Shown here piece by piece: positions 28,473-36,445 of a stretch of DNA of 36,447 nucleotides. Every line of letters starts with the position of its first letter. The stretch's first letter is position 1. The stretch comes from a virus (lineage: Duplodnaviria > Caudoviricetes): positions 1-36,447 of the IMG/VR virus record IMGVR_UViG_3300037631_000806; one strand, given 5' to 3'. A program made the position numbers and the translations under genes. The notes below the pieces were generated by a model. The model saw only the letters and a program-made list of their open reading frames with translations. It searched no databases and had not been told where the DNA came from.

Positions 28473-29245
28473 TAGAAAGGTATCTCACCTTCTACTACAT
28501 CATCTAGGGATTTAACTTCAGGTAATTTCATACCATTCTCTACTGCTGCATAGTCTTTCCAACTATCAGGGGTAGCTTTGTTATCCATCCACCAAGACTT
28601 GGCAAATACTTTACCGTCTACTGTATCACCTGCAGTACAGTCACCCATACCTGTACATCTAAAGTCAGGGCTGTTTGCTTTATTCTTTTCTGCAGCTTTA
28701 AAGTATTTAACTTTTCTACCACAGATACAAAGTAAACCAGTACTGTCCATAGCAGGTTGACCTGTTGGATGTTTACTTGTAGTCATATCTCCAAAGCCTG
28801 CATCCTTTATACTCTCGATAGGGTTATCAGAGGACGTTGAGACAGGGGAAGACTTAACATCCTCTGACACTACCTTTGATTTTACAGGCGCAGCTTGTTG
28901 TGAGGTTTCGACCTTAGCCATCTCCTCTGCGCTTGGGCGTTTCTTATTACTACCTTGATACTTCCAATTAGCTAAAGCTCTACCAATAGCAGAAGTCTCA
29001 CAGTTTTCCATCCATGCATCAGCGTTAGCAAAGCCACCTTGACCTTTTAACTCTTGTGCAATACCAGTTGAAACTGGGTTTGTATCTTCTTTGTCAGTGT
29101 AGACCATAGCCTTTACTACGACCATAGTACCGTCTTCACTAACAGTTATTACTTCGGTCCATACACGACCGTTTGGATTTTCTTTCCAAAATTTTCTTAA
29201 TCTATCTTCGACCATTTCATAGTCGTTAGGATTAAACTTTGGCAT
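28472..29245 (-). CDS. Rad52/Sak-like ssDNA-annealing protein with C-terminal Cys cluster and acidic IPF tail
   Basis: AGGAGG SD; YEMVEDRL.KF...ENCETSAIGRALAN...SAEEM; CICG...PDFRC; ends EGEIPF like SSB tails. Confidence 0.7.
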   Translation of the reverse strand: MPKFNPNDYEMVEDRLRKFWKENPNGRVWTEVITVSEDGTMVVVKAMVYTDKEDTNPVSTGIAQELKGQGGFANADAWMENCETSAIGRALANWKYQGSNKKRPSAEEMAKVETSQQAAPVKSKVVSEDVKSSPVSTSSDNPIESIKDAGFGDMTTSKHPTGQPAMDSTGLLCICGRKVKYFKAAEKNKANSPDFRCTGMGDCTAGDTVDGKVFAKSWWMDNKATPDSWKDYAAVENGMKLPEVKSLDDVVEGEIPF

Positions 29246-29272
29246 TTTTACCTCCTGTCTCCAATATTATTA

Positions 29273-29419
29273 TTATATATTTGTATCCGTTATAACGGTA
29301 ACATCTTTTGTTGTAAGCTGTTGTTCTCCGAACAGCTTACATAAGACATTACTGCATGTAAGTTTTGCTTCTTGTATGCGAAGTATATTCCCGCAATAAT
29401 AACAAGCTACACTACTCAT
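29273..29419 (-). CDS. Small Zn-finger protein (48 aa; not in ORF track)
   Basis: MSSVACYYCGNILRIQEAKLTCSNVLCKLFGEQQLTTKDVTVITDTNI*; GAGGAG SD. Confidence 0.65.
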   Translation of the reverse strand: MSSVACYYCGNILRIQEAKLTCSNVLCKLFGEQQLTTKDVTVITDTNI

Positions 29420-29424
29420 CTTTT

Positions 29425-30489
29425 TTACTCCTCTAGTTGTACTAAGTATTCGGCTGTTACACCTTTGTTGGGCTTAACAAACAAACAGAATTGTGATGGT
29501 CTACCCATGCTAGCTAACTGTTCTTGTGCGAAAGTGTTATAACTTTCAGTGCTACCATTGACCCACACACGCGTATCATTAATATACATAGTCGTTGGCG
29601 TGTGATAATGTCCACACACTGCGTGCGTAAACTCTTCCATCATTCCATTTGCTGATAAGGCTTTCCACCCTAGTATCTTTTTGTTATATCCATACCAAGG
29701 TATACCTGCGTGTCCTCGTATTTGGTCACCATGAAAGCACATGAACTTAGCCTTACGACCAAGGTTAGCTACTAAGTACCAGTTCTTTTCATTGCCTCCA
29801 TCAGGTACAATAAATTTTATACGTGGTTCATTTGCAAACATTGTTTGTAATATCTTACCTAGCATACGGTCAGCGTTAGTTTCAGGGTTATAATCCCTGC
29901 GACTTCTACCACCTAATGCACCGTGATTACCTATGACCCAGTAAACTTCTACTTCTTCAAACTCCGTAAGTAGTATTGAAAAGAATTTATGTAGTATCCT
30001 AGGACCATCTACGGTTACTTGACGATACAATGACGCATCTATCAAGTGAGATTGTCCAGGGAATATAAGTTCACCCTCTACGATATCACCAAGACATAGC
30101 ACTGCAGCTTTCTTTACAGGGTGCGAATGACGTTGCAACCTGGCTAGTTCTGAGATTTTATGCGCGTATTGTATAACTCTCTCCTCTGCAGTAGCAGTGT
30201 CATACGTAGGCGTAGTTTTTGCTAACTGTATGTCTGATAACAATGGTACGCATATCTCTTCACCTTGTGTCTTTTTAGATTTAGGTGGTGCTTTGATTGG
30301 TGGAAAGTCTAAGGAAGTTATACCATCCTTGACTGCACTGTAGACAGCTTCAATCAAGTCGCTGTTCTTATCGTTTAACTTATCTATACGTTTAAGTAAA
30401 CGTTCGTTGGTAGCCTTGAGTTCTGCATACTTACCGTCTGTCACTTCGGCAAGTAGTTCAGTTATTTCTTCTTTACTTCTTTTAGCCAT
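29425..30489 (-). CDS. Calcineurin-like metallophosphoesterase with N-terminal coiled coil
   Basis: SDIQ, LGDIVEG, IGNHG, FHGD and CGHYH: all five motif positions present. Confidence 0.88.
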   Translation of the reverse strand: MAKRSKEEITELLAEVTDGKYAELKATNERLLKRIDKLNDKNSDLIEAVYSAVKDGITSLDFPPIKAPPKSKKTQGEEICVPLLSDIQLAKTTPTYDTATAEERVIQYAHKISELARLQRHSHPVKKAAVLCLGDIVEGELIFPGQSHLIDASLYRQVTVDGPRILHKFFSILLTEFEEVEVYWVIGNHGALGGRSRRDYNPETNADRMLGKILQTMFANEPRIKFIVPDGGNEKNWYLVANLGRKAKFMCFHGDQIRGHAGIPWYGYNKKILGWKALSANGMMEEFTHAVCGHYHTPTTMYINDTRVWVNGSTESYNTFAQEQLASMGRPSQFCLFVKPNKGVTAEYLVQLEE

Positions 30490-30692
30490 GTTCTCACCGA
30501 AGTTGCAGTAATACTTAATCCGTATTCCTCTTCCAATACATCCGTTATTCTATTAGCGTTAACGGTTTTGCCCTGCTTAACTAGACTTTCAATCGCATCT
30601 AGGAAATGACGAATATCTTCATTGACATTCTCATACCATTTACCAGTCGTAGACTGAATACTTTCTAGTAGTTTGCTTATATCTTTATTCAC
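30462..30692 (-). CDS. Small HTH-like DNA-binding protein (76 aa)
   Basis: NANRITDVLEEEYGLSITATSVRTWL HTH pattern; GTG start. Confidence 0.6.
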   Translation of the reverse strand: MNKDISKLLESIQSTTGKWYENVNEDIRHFLDAIESLVKQGKTVNANRITDVLEEEYGLSITATSVRTWLKEVKKK

Positions 30693-30699
30693 TTATATA

Positions 30700-30708
30700 A
30701 TCTTAACA
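30700..30708 (-). promoter_or_regulatory. Extended -10 promoter giving a leaderless mRNA
   Basis: Minus strand TG-T-TAAGAT, 7 nt, then GTG 30692; no SD. Confidence 0.5.
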
Positions 30709-30762
30709 TAACTTTCGGACACTTTCTGTAGTTTAATAATATAACGCACGCGTATAGAGACC

Positions 30763-30800
30763 AAAAAAATACCCCACGCACGGCGGTGTGCGTGGGGTAT
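30763..30800 (-). terminator. Strong Rho-independent terminator after the VWA gene
   Basis: Perfect 13-bp stem ATACCCCACGCAC / GTGCGTGGGGTAT with a T-run on the minus strand. Confidence 0.88.
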
Positions 30801-30806
30801 TACGAA

Positions 30807-30830
30807 GTAGGGGAACGGATAAACCCCTAC
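30807..30830 (-). other. Second hairpin preceding the terminator
   Basis: GTAGGGG / CCCCTAC stem, 10-nt loop. Confidence 0.6.
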
Positions 30831-30831
30831 A

Positions 30832-32358
30832 TTAATTATTCTTGTAGGCTTTTACCCATTCCTTAGCTTTATCTACGGTAGGTATTGGTATGAGATTATA
30901 CTCTTTAACTTTCTTGAGAGCGTCTAGCGCCATCTTGTCACCAAAGTCAGTAGTAGTAAAACCACTACTTGTTTCACGTATACCTGATACCTGCATATCA
31001 GTAACTACGATACGTGGCTCAGGTTGTTTACCTAACCAATCAAACGCAGGTCCATCACATAAGTTTTGTACAGGGTGGTCAGGTATATCTCCTACATACC
31101 TACCATTCTCTGCAAGTATATATAGATGACCTAATGGTTTATCATCTGTATCTTTCCAGTATGTATAATCTATATCATGGTGGTCATCTCCACAATACAT
31201 AGCAACAGTAGATGCAGGCAATGTGTACACAAGTTCTTTGATATCTTCTTCAGTGAAATCCATAGAACCACTAGCGTCAATCAAGACAGTACCTCCGTCA
31301 CGTTTAGTCTTATTGCTAAATATCTTTTTGTCCGTTGTATATCTGTGCATAGACTTAGGCGCGACACCTCTATCTGATTTCTTTCTAGCTGTACTCTGTA
31401 ATTTAACAGGAAGTCTTTCTACTAATTTAGGTTTAATTATATCCATCTTCGCCCACTTAGCAGTATCGTTTGACTTTCTATTTAATCCTTCTTTAGTATG
31501 ATATTGTAGTTCTTCCATATCATCACCTGTAAGTACACCCTTACCATCAACTTCGATATTTAAATCAGCAAGTTCTACTGAAGGTAGCTTACCTACTTGT
31601 TCAATCAATTTGAATTTATCATACATGTACTGAGCATTAGTCTTGATAGTTTTGTTACTTACTAACGTACTATCTTTACGTGTTCCCATTATATTTTGAT
31701 AAGCATATTCAATTATGTCTTGAAACTGAACAAACGTATCTACTATAAAGTTACAGTCCATCTGAGCATTCTCTTCTGTCTTGCCATATTCATTCTTTAA
31801 GACGTTGAACATCTTACCTCTTATTCCATAACTTGGACAACGCAGTATAATAAATTCAAGACCACCAGGATACTTAGATATATTGTATGCAATGTTTGCA
31901 AGGTCTAAATTATTGTTAATAAAACCATTAACAATATTCTTAGCCACAAAATCACTAAGAAATTCTTCTGTGTTATAGTCGGCTGAATTAACTAACAAAC
32001 TGTTTTTGTAGGTTTGTCTTTCATTTTCCCAACTACCATCAATATACTTAGATGCTTTCTTAATTACATACCAATACGTAGCCATACGTTCTGCTATCTT
32101 AATCTCTGTAAGCATGTGCTTTACGTTCACAAACTTACGTGGACTACCATACTTAGCGTCAACAACTGCTACTAACTTATGTATCCTGTAACCTAATCCT
32201 TTACCGTAATCTCTAACAATAGGTGTTTTGATTACTTTAGATTTATGGTCAACAGAAGAAGTAGCAGATTTCTCTGCTACCCATTCTTTATCTTTAAGAG
32301 CTAAAGAAAGCAGTGGACCAGTGCTATTCTTTTTGCTTTTACTTTTTAACCTAAACAT
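30832..32358 (-). CDS. VWA (MIDAS) domain protein, partner of the AAA+ ATPase
   Basis: VLIDASGSM (DxSxS) and IVVTD in the C-terminal part; overlaps the AAA gene. Confidence 0.8.
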   Translation of the reverse strand: MFRLKSKSKKNSTGPLLSLALKDKEWVAEKSATSSVDHKSKVIKTPIVRDYGKGLGYRIHKLVAVVDAKYGSPRKFVNVKHMLTEIKIAERMATYWYVIKKASKYIDGSWENERQTYKNSLLVNSADYNTEEFLSDFVAKNIVNGFINNNLDLANIAYNISKYPGGLEFIILRCPSYGIRGKMFNVLKNEYGKTEENAQMDCNFIVDTFVQFQDIIEYAYQNIMGTRKDSTLVSNKTIKTNAQYMYDKFKLIEQVGKLPSVELADLNIEVDGKGVLTGDDMEELQYHTKEGLNRKSNDTAKWAKMDIIKPKLVERLPVKLQSTARKKSDRGVAPKSMHRYTTDKKIFSNKTKRDGGTVLIDASGSMDFTEEDIKELVYTLPASTVAMYCGDDHHDIDYTYWKDTDDKPLGHLYILAENGRYVGDIPDHPVQNLCDGPAFDWLGKQPEPRIVVTDMQVSGIRETSSGFTTTDFGDKMALDALKKVKEYNLIPIPTVDKAKEWVKAYKNN

Positions 32359-33052
32359 TTTGTAACTCTAGGCTATCTATTACATCATCAGCATTTGTTT
32401 CAAAGCACACACGTGCAGCAGTATCAATGCTAACACCCTTACCTACGAGTTCAGCAAATGCTTTCCATGCACGTATTGACATAGGCATTGATGTACTACC
32501 TACCTCTCTCTGAAAAGCACCTTGATACTCTTCAGGTAGTATTGAGATAGCACTAGGGTGAACAGAATTAATATCAATCTTTACTGCAAACCTATCTGCT
32601 AATGCTTCAGGCAAGTCTGATGGCACACCATTCATAGTGGCAATCACATTGAAACCTGTCTTAGGTTTAACTAATTCCTTGCTAGTATTTGGTAGAGTGA
32701 ATCGTGCAATGTCTGCATCATCTAAGATAGCATGCAGTACTGATGTGACATCAGGTCCTGCGTGGTCTATCTCATTGAGTACAAGTCTTGTACCTTCTCT
32801 CCATGCTTTGATACCTACCCCGTCATTCCAATCGAACGTACCTTTCTCGTTAGGTATGTAATGTCCGATTAGTTCTGAGGCAGAACTATCTACTGTTAAG
32901 GTAGTGCTGTATACTTCCTTGTTACTAGGCACGTTAGTCGTTACAGCTTGGTATGTTTTACCTGTGCCTGGAACTCCATAGAGTAAAACTCTATCTGAGT
33001 TACCTATTACTTCATTGAATGTTTCCCAACATTTATCCATTTTTATCTCCAT
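32351..33052 (-). CDS. MoxR/CbbQ/CobS-like AAA+ ATPase
   Basis: GVPGTGKT, SELIG, Walker B LVLNEID, IATMN sensor 1, ALADRF Arg finger, SIR sensor 2. Confidence 0.9.
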   Translation of the reverse strand: MEIKMDKCWETFNEVIGNSDRVLLYGVPGTGKTYQAVTTNVPSNKEVYSTTLTVDSSASELIGHYIPNEKGTFDWNDGVGIKAWREGTRLVLNEIDHAGPDVTSVLHAILDDADIARFTLPNTSKELVKPKTGFNVIATMNGVPSDLPEALADRFAVKIDINSVHPSAISILPEEYQGAFQREVGSTSMPMSIRAWKAFAELVGKGVSIDTAARVCFETNADDVIDSLELQNV

Positions 33053-33055
33053 TCT

Positions 33056-33634
33056 TTATTCTTCTTCAGCCATTCGGGTGAAGAATGTTTTCTCTGCATC
33101 TGCAAGATATTCTTCTACCTGTTCGATAGTAGCGTCACTTGTGTCAGCAAATTCTTTCTCTGCTTTTTCATATATATCTCTCTCATACCCATCTGTCAAT
33201 GGTATGTCTAACCATGCATATGGTCTGATAGTAGGTAAGTTCTCCCATGTGTTACCGTCAATGTCGATAGTAACAATAGACCACTTAACTTCTACTTTGT
33301 TCATATCAATGGTGTCATTGGTTAACCAATCAGCCATTGATATCATTGGTACACGGAAGTTAGCACGAACATGAGGCATTGTTAGTTTACCTTGCTTGTG
33401 ATAGTGTGGCATAGCTAACTGACAAGTGATAGGTATACCTTCCATGATAATCATGTCAGTCATTTCCTCATCAGGAAGTTGTCCGTCTTTATGATTATCT
33501 TGAAACACACCACGTAGTAAGGAACGATTGTATCCTTTCTCGATAGCTTGGTCATTGAGTTGTCCCAATACCTGTGTTGTTAGTACTAGATAGTTGTACT
33601 CGTGTGTACGAATACGATAATTTATTTCCGTCAT
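33056..33634 (-). CDS. Hypothetical protein (192 aa)
   Basis: AAGGAG SD; coupled to the AAA gene; directly downstream of the hairpin array. Confidence 0.75.
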   Translation of the reverse strand: MTEINYRIRTHEYNYLVLTTQVLGQLNDQAIEKGYNRSLLRGVFQDNHKDGQLPDEEMTDMIIMEGIPITCQLAMPHYHKQGKLTMPHVRANFRVPMISMADWLTNDTIDMNKVEVKWSIVTIDIDGNTWENLPTIRPYAWLDIPLTDGYERDIYEKAEKEFADTSDATIEQVEEYLADAEKTFFTRMAEEE

Positions 33635-33664
33635 TATTCTCCTTTTTCTGCTGTAAACATATAC

Positions 33665-33975
33665 AGCTCACAGTGCATATTATGAAAGTACTTATGCACT
33701 GTAAGCTACGTACGTATAGATAGCTTGTAACACACAATTAACGAGGTCTGCATTTAGTTGTTTCGTGTCTAGGTAGTAATGAGCTACCAACCTTTATTAT
33801 GTGCTACAAGCTACCTACGTTCAGTCGCCATGCAAACAGGGCTGAAATTATGGCTCTTACTAATAGGTAGCATTGCATTGGGTAATCGGGCTACGAGTAC
33901 CTTGTACCTGACAGAGAATATACAGAAAGGTTGACTAGTAAATAAGTCAATGTCTTCATCAGGTACAAGCTACTC
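33665..33975 (-). ncRNA. Putative structured RNA: three tandem long hairpins each beginning GUAGCUU
   Basis: Stems 33895-33911/33959-33975, 33717-33735/33799-33817 and 33665-33679/33693-33707; A-C oppositions on + read as G-U on -. Confidence 0.65.
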
Positions 33976-33999
33976 ACTGTCCCATGAATAGCTTTATAG

Positions 34000-34611
34000 T
34001 TATTCCTCTTCAAGATTAGATAACTTATCTTTAAGGAATTCTTCAATCTTTGTTACTCCTTCCTCGGCAACATCAGAAGCTGTTTGTGCTTGTACGAACA
34101 TGTTAGATATTAAAGCAGGATTGCCTATCATAACTAACTGAGGCTCTTGCCAAAAAGCTCCGTTGTTCTCATAGTCAAACATTTTTTGAACAGCATGTAT
34201 TACTGCTGCTATCCATCCTGCAGGTATTGGCATATCCTGCATGTTTTCTTCTTTCATAAGACGTATACCTTCCAATACAAGGTCTTTGCTTTCTTCACCC
34301 ATGTATTCTATTAGTGTATCAAAGCCATCACCTTCACCACTCACAGCACTTGTTAATGCCTCCATAAGTAATCTACTCATTCTCAATGCTTGGTTATTAA
34401 TAGCAACCTGTAACTGATGTGCCGCGTATTGTCCCATTGCATCTTGAAAAGAAGTAGCCTCGAACTCATAGTCGAATACTTCTAAATCCTCTGCGTCCGT
34501 ATCCTTACTGTTACCATCCAATGCAACAAAGGCACGAGCAAAGTAAGTACGTTTATCGTACTCCCTATTTACTTTATTTACTTCTCCAAAGTTATCGAAC
34601 TGCTTTGGCAT
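34000..34611 (-). CDS. Hypothetical protein (203 aa)
   Basis: GAAAGGAG SD; acidic and helical. Confidence 0.75.
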   Translation of the reverse strand: MPKQFDNFGEVNKVNREYDKRTYFARAFVALDGNSKDTDAEDLEVFDYEFEATSFQDAMGQYAAHQLQVAINNQALRMSRLLMEALTSAVSGEGDGFDTLIEYMGEESKDLVLEGIRLMKEENMQDMPIPAGWIAAVIHAVQKMFDYENNGAFWQEPQLVMIGNPALISNMFVQAQTASDVAEEGVTKIEEFLKDKLSNLEEE

Positions 34612-34768
34612 AAGTCTCTCCTTTCATTTTTGTATTTAATTTCTTTACTGTTTCATAGCCACATGTCCAACACTTTACAATGTATAGAACAGATGACTTC
34701 ACGTTAGAATGAATAGCTAACTTCTTGTATTCATCTAACCTGCAATTATCACATATCATTCCTGTCAT
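34592..34768 (-). CDS. Small Zn-ribbon protein (58 aa; not in ORF track)
   Basis: MTGMICDNCRLDEYKKLAIHSNVKSSVLYIVKCWTCGYETVKKLNTKMKGETYAKAVR*; AAGGAG SD; CxxC...CxxC. Confidence 0.75.
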   Translation of the reverse strand: MTGMICDNCRLDEYKKLAIHSNVKSSVLYIVKCWTCGYETVKKLNTKMKGETYAKAVR

Positions 34769-34793
34769 AGGAACTCCTTCCGTTTTTTATTAT

Positions 34794-35024
34794 TTATTCT
34801 TCTGTTGAAAACTTACAGTATATAAATGGTCTGTGTGCAGTAAACTCTTTGGCTACTGCATCAGTGCTATCATCTAACATTGATACCATTTTATCTACCA
34901 TAACTATAGCCTCATCAGCAGTAACCTCAGTACTAAAGTGAAAGTCAACTGTTAATATATTCTCAGCTTTCTTCATATTCTTATCTACAAACTCGTACAC
35001 TTGTGTACTATTAGTGTCGCTCAT
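34794..35024 (-). CDS. Hypothetical protein (76 aa)
   Basis: AGAAAGGT SD. Confidence 0.7.
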   Translation of the reverse strand: MSDTNSTQVYEFVDKNMKKAENILTVDFHFSTEVTADEAIVMVDKMVSMLDDSTDAVAKEFTAHRPFIYCKFSTEE

Positions 35025-35047
35025 TCTTACCTTTCTTCGCTATGCAT

Positions 35048-35269
35048 TTAACCGTATACTTCTTCAGGTATCATTTCATTTAACCTGTTGCGTATAGACC
35101 TAAGCAATGCTCTGTTCTCACTACCTCTACCCATAAGTTGGTCAGCGATAGTTGTGTCAGCTTTGATAGCACTAGCCATCTCTCTATATATTCTGTTAGC
35201 TTCATTCATCTCTAAGATTTTGCCGTCAACAAACTCTTCAGAGGTAAACGTTGTGTGGTCTTTAGCCAT
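35048..35269 (-). CDS. Hypothetical protein (73 aa)
   Basis: AGAAAGGA SD; overlaps the upstream ORF stop. Confidence 0.7.
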   Translation of the reverse strand: MAKDHTTFTSEEFVDGKILEMNEANRIYREMASAIKADTTIADQLMGRGSENRALLRSIRNRLNEMIPEEVYG

Positions 35270-35426
35270 ACTTTTCTTTCCTTTCTCTATCTTCGTGATG
35301 AAATAAAACTACTGTATAGTTACCATCATCAAATCTTTTTAATAACTTACTGTCTACAAATTCCCAGTCAGTATGTCCATACATTAATCTGCATGCATAA
35401 TCTAACTGTTCAGTATCTTTAGCCAT
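35262..35426 (-). CDS. Hypothetical protein (54 aa; not in ORF track)
   Basis: MAKDTEQLDYACRLMYGHTDWEFVDSKLLKRFDDGNYTVVLFHHEDRERKEKYG*; TAATG overlap; AAGGA SD. Confidence 0.65.
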   Translation of the reverse strand: MAKDTEQLDYACRLMYGHTDWEFVDSKLLKRFDDGNYTVVLFHHEDRERKEKYG

Positions 35427-35566
35427 TATTCTTTGTCCTTTACTACTACTTCTTTGGTCGTAGTCTTACCAATACTTACAGCAGCCATGTGTATCTTTGC
35501 CTCGTCATAGGTATAACCCATATCTAAGCAGTGCCATAACTGTTGTATAATTTCTACATCATTCAT
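35426..35566 (-). CDS. Hypothetical protein (46 aa; not in ORF track)
   Basis: MNDVEIIQQLWHCLDMGYTYDEAKIHMAAVSIGKTTTKEVVVKDKE*; ATGA and TAATG overlaps. Confidence 0.65.
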   Translation of the reverse strand: MNDVEIIQQLWHCLDMGYTYDEAKIHMAAVSIGKTTTKEVVVKDKE

Positions 35567-35892
35567 TTGATATCATTTCCGTTCTCACAGCATTTACATA
35601 CTTGTGTATCTATAAATTCTTCAGGATATTTCTCCTTACTACTTTCTACGCAAGGCTCACATAGTGCATAGCTACCGTGTATTAATAAACCTAGTGGCTC
35701 ATCAACAGTACCTACGTCCATGTTTACATTACAGAAGTCACACATCCAATCGTCATCTCCAATGCCTGTGTCTACTAAGGTATCAAAGATAATCATGTCA
35801 TCCCGTTTATTATTCTTATAGTATTCTTCTCTAGCTAATCTGTCCTTCGCCCTATGTATAATAGGATTAGTGACTATTATATTTATACTCAT
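35563..35892 (-). CDS. Zn-finger protein (109 aa)
   Basis: WMCDFCN...ALCEPC...CKCC; ATGA overlap; GAGGAGG SD. Confidence 0.75.
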   Translation of the reverse strand: MSINIIVTNPIIHRAKDRLAREEYYKNNKRDDMIIFDTLVDTGIGDDDWMCDFCNVNMDVGTVDEPLGLLIHGSYALCEPCVESSKEKYPEEFIDTQVCKCCENGNDIK

Positions 35893-36119
35893 TCTTCCTC
35901 CTCTTTCATAGAATTAAATTCTCTTATCAATTTGTTTTTAGTTTCAGCTAAATCAAATAAGTAAGATATATTATCTTCCATTGATTGATTTTCTTTTGGA
36001 CAATCTTCGTATGGAAATTGCTCTTGTTCTTCACATAAACAAAAATTAAATTCTTTAACTTGTGTTTCGTGTGTTAAGTTAGCCATATCTTGATAGCTAT
36101 GTGATTTTTCTTTATCCAT
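35889..36119 (-). CDS. Hypothetical protein (76 aa); start revised to ATG 36119
   Basis: GAGGAGG SD and TAATG overlap at 36119; H...FCLCE...DC motif. Confidence 0.65.
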   Translation of the reverse strand: MDKEKSHSYQDMANLTHETQVKEFNFCLCEEQEQFPYEDCPKENQSMEDNISYLFDLAETKNKLIREFNSMKEEEE

Positions 36120-36445
36120 TATTCTTCCTCCTCTATTATTCCCATGAACTTTAAGCATCTCACACACATACCGTCATTTCTCTTTACTCTTCTCTTACGG
36201 CATAAGATACACTTGTTTGGGAAAGACTTGTCCTCGTTATAAACATCAGCGATAGATTGCTGTCGTTCCTTCTCATACTTTGGTATATTATATTTGAAGA
36301 TACCTTCACGTGAGATAGAGTATTCTTTACGGCAAGCGTAACAGAAGTTATTATCTCTAGGTATTTTCTTGTCACATATACTGCATCTGTATTTATTATC
36401 TATATTCTTAGGCAGTGCCTCATCAGGAATATGAAATGTATTCCA
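36119..36445 (-). CDS. Double Zn-finger protein, 5'-truncated by the window (not in ORF track)
   Basis: Frame is open to the window edge: ...YRCSICDKKIPRDNNFCYACRKE...KCILCRKRRVKRNDGMCVRCLKFMGIIEEEE*. Confidence 0.8.
   Translation of the reverse strand, partial: WNTFHIPDEALPKNIDNKYRCSICDKKIPRDNNFCYACRKEYSISREGIFKYNIPKYEKERQQSIADVYNEDKSFPNKCILCRKRRVKRNDGMCVRCLKFMGIIEEEE

Noticed and set aside
33552-33737. 61-aa minus-strand ORF from the track
   Set aside because: No SD, overlaps the real 33634 gene out of frame and runs through hairpins B and C.
33956-33962. Minus-strand CUGAUGA (hammerhead core or box C of a TIGR/snoRNA-like array)
   Set aside because: Single occurrence, partly buried in stem A; no correctly placed GAAA or periodic box C/D; no Nop-domain gene recognised nearby.
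33635-33999. CRISPR mini-array
   Set aside because: The shared motif is only 7-10 nt with irregular spacing; no 23-50 nt direct repeats and no cas genes.
36184-36375. 63-aa minus-strand ORF from the track
   Set aside because: Another frame encodes a clear double Zn-finger protein with a TAATG junction at 36119; the 36167 start for the next gene is rejected for the same reason.
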